The translations under genes were made by a program, and so were the position numbers. The notes beneath the pieces were generated by a model, which was not told where the DNA came from, did not search any database, and saw only the letters and a list, made by a program, of their open reading frames with translations. Positions 19,889 to 26,950 of a stretch of DNA of 32,195 bases are shown one piece after another; position 1 is the stretch's first letter; each line of letters opens with the position of its first letter. Location of the stretch: NCBI GenBank assembly GCA_044440125.1, contig JBITAJ010000001.1, positions 1 through 32,195 on the forward strand. The letters are read 5' to 3'. The DNA is from Sedimentisphaeraceae bacterium JB056. Lineage in GTDB: Bacteria; Planctomycetota; Phycisphaerae; Sedimentisphaerales; Sedimentisphaeraceae.

Positions 19889-19990
19889 CAGAAAACAGTA
19901 AACAGTTCGCGGTTCGTAGTACATAGAAAAGATAGGGCAAAGCCAAGACGAACAGGTTGTTTCGAATTACGAACCACGAACTAAAACCTA
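19887..19990. repeat. Heptamer-based inverted repeat between portal and scaffold genes
   Basis: Tandem AACAGAA/AACAGTA/AACAGTT; AGTTCGCGGTTCGTAGT (19904-19920) is inverted relative to ATTACGAACCACGAACT (19966-19982), 15/17 match. Confidence 0.7.
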
Positions 19991-20014
19991 TTTATTATTA
20001 ATCAGGAGAAAAAA

Positions 20015-20419
20015 ATGGAAAAAGAAAAGACCGAGCAGCAGCCAACAGATGACTTTCAGATTAATGCTTTGAAGCAAAAGCTGAAACTGGCCAGGATCGA
20101 AAATCAGATTACTGTTGAGCTGGCTCAAAATGGAGTGAGTGATCTTGAGACCGCATCTCTTGTCGCAAAGTCGAGGATGAAGGCTTCGGGAAGCTTGGAT
20201 GTAAAGGAAATTGTGGAAAAGATCAAGGATGATAAGCCGTTTCTGTTTGCCAAATCTCAAACGCATGCCACCAGAACTCAGCCAGTGAAAAGTGACAGAG
20301 CTGTAAGCAAGGACGGCCTTTCGAAAGCGGCAAAAAAAGCAGCTAAGAACGCGAGTCGTCAGAACGTTTTCGAATATATGAAAGCCAGGAGAGGCTGGGA
20401 GGTTGAGGTAAAAAGGTAG
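20015..20419 (+). CDS. Putative phage head scaffolding protein
   Basis: Small, charged, helical protein between portal and capsid; ELAQNGVSDLETA and IVEKIKDDKPFLF resemble scaffold motifs; AGGAG RBS. Confidence 0.65.
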   Translation: MEKEKTEQQPTDDFQINALKQKLKLARIENQITVELAQNGVSDLETASLVAKSRMKASGSLDVKEIVEKIKDDKPFLFAKSQTHATRTQPVKSDRAVSKDGLSKAAKKAAKNASRQNVFEYMKARRGWEVEVKR

Positions 20420-20441
20420 GGGCGAAACAATGTTTTCACCC
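20416..20441 (+). repeat. Degenerate GTAG-type REP hairpin
   Basis: GTAG-GGGCGAAA-caatgt-TTTCACCC, overlapping the scaffold stop codon. Confidence 0.45.
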
Positions 20442-20477
20442 GTTGACTTCTGGCCACAAGGAATCCGGCAAACCCTA

Positions 20478-20505
20478 TCAGTACCGCGACTGTGAAGGAG
20501 CGGGC
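20478..20505 (+). repeat. 28-bp REP-like repeat, copy 2
   Basis: TCAGTACCGCGACTGTGAAGGAGCGGGC. Confidence 0.8.
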
Positions 20506-20552
20506 AATATTTGAAATCGAAATAACTAACAAAATTTTACAGGAGAATAATT

Positions 20553-21704
20553 ATGAGTTTTACAGGAAAAGCAACATATTCAAGCGGAGCATCTTTACCT
20601 TCAATAGCAGAAGATGTTTCAGATATTATCGGAATCGTATCGCCTTATGAAACCCCTTTGCTTGATGCAATTGGTGATCCGCTCCGAAACGCGACAAGTA
20701 CTTATCATGAATGGCTTGAGGATGGGCTGCTTCCAAATCGTGATCAGATTGTGACTACTGTTTGGGATGATCCGGCCGATGACAGCCTTTTCAATGTCGC
20801 CAATTCTTCGCGTTTCCGAGTTGGTGATCAAATTCAGGTTGAAGGTTCAAAAGAGCTTATGCTTGTGACCGGCATCGGCAGCGGTTCGCTCACAGTCGTA
20901 AGAGGCTATGGGGCAACGACGAAAGAGAGTTTGTATGATGATGCCACGCTCAACATCATTGGCGGGGCGGCTCTTGAGGGAGAAGACAAACCGGAGAATC
21001 GTTTTACCATAAGACAGAGAAAGGGGAATTACACGCAGATCTTTACCGCGGCGGTTGAGGTGAGCGGCAGTGATCTTGCGGCAAACCAAATAGGGCTTGC
21101 TGACGAGATGGATTATCAGAAACAGGAAAGGCTTCGTGAGCTTATCCGTGATCTGGAGAATACCGTGATAAACGGCGGCATGGCTGTGAGCAATCCTGAA
21201 GGTTCTTCAACTACAAGGCGAACAATGAATGGTATTATTCAGAGCTGCCAGAGCAATCTCTTTACTGCCGGAGATTCGGGGTTGCCAAGCGGCACTGTTC
21301 TCAATGAGGAGCTTGTTAATTTTATGCTCAAACGAATCTGGGAAAACAGCAACTCCGGTGTTGATACGATTGTTGTAGGCGGAGCTCAGAAACGAAAGAT
21401 AAATACTTTCCTTTCCGGTTCACGTGTTTACAGTCCTGATGATACCGCCTACAGAAGTCTTGTTGATCTCTATGAAAGTGATTTCGGTTTGTGCCGAATC
21501 ATTCTTACAAGATGGATGCCTGCTGACAGTGTACTGTTTCTCGATTCTTCAAGGCTGAGCGTGTTGCCGCTTGCGGGCAGAAGCTTCCATTTCAAACCGC
21601 TTGCGTCAACGGGTGATTATGATTCCGGCGAAATTATAGGTGAGTATACTCTTGAGATGAAAAATGAACAAGCTCATGGTTTGCTCAGAGGTCTTTCTGT
21701 GTAA
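20553..21704 (+). CDS. Major capsid protein, DUF5309/SU10-like (HK97 fold inferred)
   Basis: EDVSDIIGIVSPYETPLL, STYHEWLED, NYTQIFTAAVEVSGS, ELIRDLE, RRTMNGI, YESDFG, IIGEYTLEMKNEQAHG; AGGAG RBS. Confidence 0.85.
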   Translation: MSFTGKATYSSGASLPSIAEDVSDIIGIVSPYETPLLDAIGDPLRNATSTYHEWLEDGLLPNRDQIVTTVWDDPADDSLFNVANSSRFRVGDQIQVEGSKELMLVTGIGSGSLTVVRGYGATTKESLYDDATLNIIGGAALEGEDKPENRFTIRQRKGNYTQIFTAAVEVSGSDLAANQIGLADEMDYQKQERLRELIRDLENTVINGGMAVSNPEGSSTTRRTMNGIIQSCQSNLFTAGDSGLPSGTVLNEELVNFMLKRIWENSNSGVDTIVVGGAQKRKINTFLSGSRVYSPDDTAYRSLVDLYESDFGLCRIILTRWMPADSVLFLDSSRLSVLPLAGRSFHFKPLASTGDYDSGEIIGEYTLEMKNEQAHGLLRGLSV

Positions 21705-21712
21705 TGCGACTT

Positions 21713-21802
21713 TCAGAGCCGCGACCGTAAGGAAGCGGGCAAAGCGGTTACTATAAATTTAGACCACACGTATTACCCGCTTACTGACGTGCGCGGCTCG
21801 GA
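21713..21802. repeat. Inverted doublet (REPIN-like) of the 28-bp repeat
   Basis: TCAGAGCCGCGACCGTAAGGAAGCGGGC (21713-21740) and inverted TCCGAGCCGCGCACGTCAGTAAGCGGGT (21775-21802), 34-bp spacer. Confidence 0.85.
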
Positions 21803-21841
21803 TATAATGAGTAAGCTTCTACTAAAAGGGGAGAGGTTATT

Positions 21842-22507
21842 ATGAGAATTTTTTGCAGTGACAGAGATCTGCTTAAATATGAAAGTGAAATATTCAGCGG
21901 CCAGACATTCAGTCAGTTCGTACTTTGCAAAGGGACCAATGCGACGATATCGAATTCGTATCTTTCTGCAAACAATGTAGATTTCATTGCGTCGGGTGTG
22001 GGCGAGGGTAACGTGATATTTGTCAGTGATGAAGTTAATGGGTGGCAGGCTGTTTACGAAGTGGTGCAGTGCGTTCTGGCAGGTCAGATCAGGCTCAGCG
22101 TGATACGTCCTTCAAGTGATGATACGGTTGTGCCTGTCAATGATGGAGTCGGCCTCAGTTTTCAAGTAGTGAGTTTCAAGCCTGTGATGTATGAAGTGTC
22201 GTATGAGCTTGCGAGATATTTTTCTCTTGTTCCCGCTGTAAGTGAATCTCAATATAGTGTTGATGATATCTCGGATGCTTCTGTGTTGCGGGATGCGGCA
22301 ACTTTCGGTTCTCTTGCAAGACTTTACGCAGTCATGCCGTTTGGTAATGACGAAATTAAAAACAGAAGAATTTCTGATAAACATTCTTATTATCTTCAGA
22401 GATATTATCGCTCACGTGAAACGACTTGCGTGTCGATTGATACCGGAGATGACGGCAACAGTGATGCAGTAATTGCCGGCGGCCAAATTGAAATGAAAAG
22501 AGGATGA
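21842..22507 (+). CDS. Hypothetical protein, putative head-completion/connector protein
   Basis: Directly after the capsid gene; N-terminal FCSDRDL, helical LRDAATFGSLARLY...YYLQRY and a short C-terminal beta-tail suggest a gp15-like adaptor with an inserted beta-domain; strong RBS. Confidence 0.5.
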   Translation: MRIFCSDRDLLKYESEIFSGQTFSQFVLCKGTNATISNSYLSANNVDFIASGVGEGNVIFVSDEVNGWQAVYEVVQCVLAGQIRLSVIRPSSDDTVVPVNDGVGLSFQVVSFKPVMYEVSYELARYFSLVPAVSESQYSVDDISDASVLRDAATFGSLARLYAVMPFGNDEIKNRRISDKHSYYLQRYYRSRETTCVSIDTGDDGNSDAVIAGGQIEMKRG

Positions 22508-22530
22508 TTAAATTGAGAGGAGAATTGAAG

Positions 22531-23112
22531 ATGAAGAAAATATTTATGATGATTTTGATGTTGAGTGTTTTACTTGGCGGATGTTCTGTTTTTAAGACGG
22601 CTCCGGATGCATCTCAAAAAACGAACGCTTATTTGCTGAGCAAGACAATCGGCAAGGTTTCTGATGCGGCATGTGAAAAAGAAGGGTCTGAGGAAATCTG
22701 TCAGCTTGCCAGGCTTGCTGATAAACAAACCGATGCAGTGCTTGAGTATTATGGCGTAACAAAAGACGAGACAGAACTCGCTGCCGGGCAGCTTCTTGAT
22801 GCAAGAGTGAGAGAGATTTCTCAAACGGCATACGAAAATGCTTCGGCCTCAAACACTGCAACCGGTTCAGTAAACGAATTACTTGATATAGCAATTGGTA
22901 TCTGCGGACTTTGCGGCGGTGCTTTCGGAATCAAAGCCGTTTCATTTTTGAATAATGCAAAAAACAAAGCAGTGGCTCTCGAGGAAATTATATGCGGTAA
23001 TGAAAAATTCAAAGCAGAATATCCTAAATACAGCGAACTCTTTAAGCAATCGCAAAGCGGCCAATCCAAAACAACAAAAGAACTTGTAACAAACATCAAA
23101 GATAACGCATAA
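22531..23112 (+). CDS. Lipoprotein with internal hydrophobic segment, unknown function
   Basis: GAGGAG RBS at 22517-22522; MKK-hydrophobic-LLGG|C lipobox; IAIGICGLCGGAFGIKAVSFL hydrophobic stretch. Confidence 0.7.
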   Translation: MKKIFMMILMLSVLLGGCSVFKTAPDASQKTNAYLLSKTIGKVSDAACEKEGSEEICQLARLADKQTDAVLEYYGVTKDETELAAGQLLDARVREISQTAYENASASNTATGSVNELLDIAIGICGLCGGAFGIKAVSFLNNAKNKAVALEEIICGNEKFKAEYPKYSELFKQSQSGQSKTTKELVTNIKDNA

Positions 23113-23117
23113 ACAAC

Positions 23118-23156
23118 AAGCCGGAAGACGTAAAAGTTTTCCGGCTTTAATTTTTT
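23118..23156. terminator. Terminator between convergent units
   Basis: AAGCCGGAAGAC-gtaaaa-GTTTTCCGGCTT hairpin, then TAATTTTTT. Confidence 0.75.
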
Positions 23157-23943
23157 ATTCAATAAGCCAATTTTCTGCAATGGCGGCAAAATCTGTCAAA
23201 TCAACATTTCCATCTCTGTTAGTATCAGCCCTTTCATAAAAATCATTTTCACGGCTGCCTTGAGTTTCCAACCAGTAATCAGCGAAATAAAGCAAGTCTT
23301 TCGAATCGGCAATATCATCTATATAAAGATCACCTGAGATAGGAGCGGTGTTGAACACAATTGTGAAAGGCTCTGATGATAAATACTGCGAGCCGTCATC
23401 GAGCGTATCGTGCAGTTGCCATGTAATCCATTTGAGGCTTGTTTTATCTGTTGCCTGAAATGAAAGGTGTATATGAGGGTTGTTGCGTGCTTTATGTATA
23501 TAGCTGTAATCAAAAGATTCTCCAGCCTCATCAATTGTGAAACTTGTGCCGCTACTGTATACTACTCTCAAGCCCGGTGAGATGTTTATGCATTCAATTA
23601 TTATCTGGTAGTCATCGTTAGGGTCTCCAGCCAATGCGTATGCTGGATTATATGTGTAGGCGGCGTTAGAGTCTGTTGCCTGAAACATATCAAATCCCGG
23701 TTCACCAATCCGATACTTGTAGTCAGTGAAGAAACTTGAGTTGAGTGGATAATACCAAGTTTCAAATGAGATGCTGCCGCTGTTGCGATATTTTTGGCTG
23801 CAGTCGGAGAATAGTTTGTTGTCATCACTTGTTCCGCTGATGCCATCCTGATTACACCCAACTATTAAGTGGTCAAGTGAACATTCTGCTAATGAGAGAG
23901 AGCTGAATATTAAAATTAGTGTTAATGTTTTTTTCATAATCAT
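23155..23943 (-). CDS. Secreted His-motif protein with dockerin-like C-terminal repeats
   Basis: Signal peptide, EPGF, HIHLSF; tail GDLYIDDIADSKDLLYFADYWL...ADTNRDGNVDLTDFAAIAENWL. Confidence 0.75.
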   Translation of the reverse strand: MIMKKTLTLILIFSSLSLAECSLDHLIVGCNQDGISGTSDDNKLFSDCSQKYRNSGSISFETWYYPLNSSFFTDYKYRIGEPGFDMFQATDSNAAYTYNPAYALAGDPNDDYQIIIECINISPGLRVVYSSGTSFTIDEAGESFDYSYIHKARNNPHIHLSFQATDKTSLKWITWQLHDTLDDGSQYLSSEPFTIVFNTAPISGDLYIDDIADSKDLLYFADYWLETQGSRENDFYERADTNRDGNVDLTDFAAIAENWLIE

Positions 23944-23954
23944 CCTTTTTTGTT

Positions 23955-24695
23955 TTATGGATTTGCCGGCCAGCCGGGAGCGGCTTCAGGATACCATAGG
24001 CATTTATCCGGATAGTTATAGGTTTCTTCAAATTCAAGCCAATCGGCATGGCAGTCCGCGAATAGATAATTTGACTTTTCGAGATGCCTGTCGTAATCTA
24101 TGAATCTTTTTGCATAATCAATAGAGCCTTGCCATTGTTCGGGGTGTATATGGTCGGCGAGTAAGAAGTTTTCAGTGTTTGGTGCTTCTGAAATCCAGAT
24201 ACAGCTCATTGGCTTACGTATTTTAATTGTCTTGTTATAGGGATTCGATCCGTAGCCGTAGCGATCATTTTTAGGATCGAGCAAAGCATTTACAGCAAAG
24301 CTTGAGTAACGTTTGTCTGTTTGCTCGCTGAGGGGTTTGTCCCAGTCCACAAAATTCGAAGCTTTATCAGAAGGACATTGAAAGAGCAGTTCTTGTCCTG
24401 AATATTTCGATAATACATTAATCCAGAATTTTTCAGGATTACTTATGTTACATGAGCTTGGCGGCAGCTTTCTTTCATTTTCCATCAGGAAAGCTTCTAA
24501 AGCAATTCCTGTTTGCCGCATGTTACTAAGGCAGACTATTTTTTTTGCCTGCATTCTCGCTTTTGTCAAAGCTGGCATCAATATCCCCATAAGTACAGCT
24601 ATTATAGATATCACCACCAACAATTCTATCAAGGTAAAGGCCGGCAGCCTTGTTTGTTGAAGACTGCCGGTTGTTTGTTTGGTTTTATGATACAT
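23955..24695 (-). CDS. Prepilin-type N-terminal cleavage/methylation protein (DUF1559-like, H-X9-DG family)
   Basis: A|FTLIELLVVISIIAVLMGILMPAL, CLSNMRQ, FQCPSD, RHLEKSNYLFADCH. Confidence 0.9.
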   Translation of the reverse strand: MYHKTKQTTGSLQQTRLPAFTLIELLVVISIIAVLMGILMPALTKARMQAKKIVCLSNMRQTGIALEAFLMENERKLPPSSCNISNPEKFWINVLSKYSGQELLFQCPSDKASNFVDWDKPLSEQTDKRYSSFAVNALLDPKNDRYGYGSNPYNKTIKIRKPMSCIWISEAPNTENFLLADHIHPEQWQGSIDYAKRFIDYDRHLEKSNYLFADCHADWLEFEETYNYPDKCLWYPEAAPGWPANP

Positions 24696-24696
24696 A

Positions 24697-25563
24697 TCAG
24701 TTTCCGTTATAGATTCCTGACTTTAGCCAGTTACCTGCCATTTCCTTCAGATCAATGATATTAACAATGCAATCACCATTTATATCACCATCAATGGGAT
24801 CGCAGACTTCCGGTGCAAATCTGATTATAAAATTTGCTGATTCATCATACATTCCACCTGTATCAAAGGCTGAAAAAGTAACAGTAACTTCATCTTCAAA
24901 TTCTGGAAGAAGCCAGAAATAAAATGTCATATGCTGATGAAAGCCCCAGGCATTTTTGTCGACAAGCCATTCTTTGGGCATTTCATAGGTGTCGCCGTTT
25001 GCGGTCAGCACTGCGGTATCATCGTGCAGTGCCATTAGAAAATCGTCTTCCGGCAAGCTTGTTGATTTTCTGCGGATATTTATTACCCATGCAGGTTCTG
25101 TGTTTTCATCGATGCTTTCCAGATTCCATTTGCCTTGTGGTCCGTGAGCTGAATGCCAGCCGTTGATATGAGTCAGTCCGATCGATGCGCCGTAGCCTTC
25201 TTCATTTCCGTAAGTAAAGTTGCATGTCCATAGGATTTTTCCTGAGCCATCACCTTTACTTATTTGTGAGCCGCTTTCTTCTACTGGTGTTATCAGCAAA
25301 AAAACATCACTTTTGCTGTTGAGCCAATTTGGCCAACCTCCTGTTGCGGCAGTTCCGTGTACTGGTGGTACAGAGAAAAACCACAATCTGTTATCGTCTG
25401 TAGAGTCTGTGTCTGTTGCTTTTTCCGAATTCGTTGGGTCTGACCAGTCAGGTCGCCATGTTGGATTTATACCAATATGTGTGTGCGCAAAATCGCAATC
25501 AGCGATAACGCATGCGGTAAGTGCGCATACGATAACCGCTACGTATACTTTGTGTGTAAACAT
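24697..25563 (-). CDS. Secreted His-rich protein with dockerin-like tail
   Basis: Signal peptide; AHTHIG, HINGWHSAHG, FHQHMTF; tail GDINGDCIVNIIDLKEMAGNWL. Confidence 0.75.
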   Translation of the reverse strand: MFTHKVYVAVIVCALTACVIADCDFAHTHIGINPTWRPDWSDPTNSEKATDTDSTDDNRLWFFSVPPVHGTAATGGWPNWLNSKSDVFLLITPVEESGSQISKGDGSGKILWTCNFTYGNEEGYGASIGLTHINGWHSAHGPQGKWNLESIDENTEPAWVINIRRKSTSLPEDDFLMALHDDTAVLTANGDTYEMPKEWLVDKNAWGFHQHMTFYFWLLPEFEDEVTVTFSAFDTGGMYDESANFIIRFAPEVCDPIDGDINGDCIVNIIDLKEMAGNWLKSGIYNGN

Positions 25564-25647
25564 ATTATTCCTGTTCTATTTAAAATTAGAATTGCTTACG
25601 ACTACATGAAAGTCGCATTAGTCGTTTGTGAAAATATTTTTGATTGA

Positions 25648-25992
25648 TTATAGAACAGGAGGTGCTCTTGGAGAAATTGATAGAATCGAGAGATCATTCA
25701 GCAAAGTATCTGAATGATAAAAGAATTTTGTTATGAGAATATCAAATGTGATATGTGAACTTGAAGATGGTATCAAACTTTTGTTTGTACCGATGAATGT
25801 GTTCTGGCAAACAGAACAATTCTGACTGTCATGATTGTTGCAGCTATGCGAAAGATGAATATGCCATGCAAAAAGCACACCGGTTATGTTCAGCATGAAT
25901 ACAAATAGCATCAATGCTGAGAGAAATTTGTTTATATTTTGACGGCAGTTGTTTTTGCCGACAAAAAGAATTTTGTTTAATAGTGTGTACAT
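25648..25992 (-). CDS. DUF2946-like leader protein (His/CxxC/RAPP)
   Basis: Hydrophobic segment, HIHLSHSCNNHDSQNCSVC, C-terminal SPRAPPVL-stop. Start uncertain. Confidence 0.75.
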   Translation of the reverse strand: MYTLLNKILFVGKNNCRQNINKFLSALMLFVFMLNITGVLFAWHIHLSHSCNNHDSQNCSVCQNTFIGTNKSLIPSSSSHITFDILITKFFYHSDTLLNDLSILSISPRAPPVL

Positions 25993-26022
25993 AAAAAAAT
26001 AATCATAATCCGCTATTATCGA

Positions 26023-26051
26023 ATTTTACGACAATTCATTAATATTGTCAA
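26023..26051 (-). promoter_or_regulatory. sigma70-type promoter of the RAPP-leader unit
   Basis: Minus strand TTGACA (26051-26046), 17-bp spacer, TAAAAT (26028-26023). Confidence 0.75.
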
Positions 26052-26062
26052 GTTCAGATTAT

Positions 26063-26950
26063 TTATTTCAGGTCAAACAGTGAGTTGTTGTCAGGGCCGA
26101 ACCAACCGAGCGACATCTCTGTTGTTTCTTTTTCTGTCATGATTGCGTGTGTTACATATGCGGCCGAGAGTTCCATTGTCTCGTTTGAGGTGTGTCCGTC
26201 CGCCCATACAACGTTTGTGAATTTGCCGTGTCTGAAATGTATTGTCGGGTCGGGTCTGCCGTTTATCCCGGAAGATGAAGAACCTGCTTTTGCAAACTCA
26301 AGATACCATGTCCAGTAGGGTGGGTGTGCGAATGAATATTCAATAAATGTATCTTGTCCGCCGCTTAATTGTTGACGGAATGCTGTGTCTGTAAACATTA
26401 CCGAGCTTGCCGGATTTTTGATTTCAAAATCTCTTGCGCTGTGGGTTGCCGCTTCATTACCCATTCCGTAAAGATCGCTTCTGGCTCCGATGTATTCATC
26501 GTTGTATCCATAGCCGCCGCATCCGGCTTCAAAGTTGCTTGAGTTTTGCCCTGCCTGTTCATAGTAGTTTCGTTTTTTGAATTCAGGACATCTCTTGATT
26601 TCTCCATCTCCAAGATAATTTTTCAAAGGACTCTTTGCTGGATCGAATGATTTGTTTACGCTTGTTCTTGTGCCGTGCCATCTGTGCAGATTGTTGCCCC
26701 ATATATCTTTTGCCGCCAATACATACTGATGATTGTTTTCGTTTGCGTATCCGGTGTTTGCCAGAAACAATTGCCGAATATTTGATGTGCAGACTGCACG
26801 TTTAGCGAGTTGGCGTGATTTTGCCATAGCAGGCATTATTACGCTCATCAAGACTGCAATGATAGATATAACCACCAGAAGCTCTATAAGAGTGAAAGCA
26901 CTTCTGGCGGTTGTTTTTTTAGTCGTAATTTTATTTGTGAGTTTTCTCAT
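26063..26950 (-). CDS. Prepilin-type H-X9-DG (DUF1559-like) protein
   Basis: A|FTLIELLVVISIIAVL, CTSNIRQL, GCGGYGYN, HFRHGKFTNVVWADGH; overlaps the upstream gene by 4 bp. Confidence 0.9.
   Translation of the reverse strand: MRKLTNKITTKKTTARSAFTLIELLVVISIIAVLMSVIMPAMAKSRQLAKRAVCTSNIRQLFLANTGYANENNHQYVLAAKDIWGNNLHRWHGTRTSVNKSFDPAKSPLKNYLGDGEIKRCPEFKKRNYYEQAGQNSSNFEAGCGGYGYNDEYIGARSDLYGMGNEAATHSARDFEIKNPASSVMFTDTAFRQQLSGGQDTFIEYSFAHPPYWTWYLEFAKAGSSSSGINGRPDPTIHFRHGKFTNVVWADGHTSNETMELSAAYVTHAIMTEKETTEMSLGWFGPDNNSLFDLK

Noticed and set aside
19232..19924. 230-aa minus-strand ORF
   Set aside because: Antisense shadow of the portal gene with no recognisable motifs; the same applies to the many short ORFs nested in glgP, glgA, glgB, the debranching gene and the sulfatase.
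20553..21704. Capsid as a classical encapsulin
   Set aside because: Motifs match DUF5309-type phage capsids, and portal and scaffold genes accompany it with no cargo enzyme.
18335..21802. 28-bp repeats as a CRISPR array
   Set aside because: Copies are kilobases apart, degenerate and one is inverted; no cas genes.
21702..25620. Exact inverted 14-mer TAATGCGACTTTCA at 21702 and 25607
   Set aside because: A few 14-bp matches are expected by chance in 32 kb, and nothing else suggests element ends.
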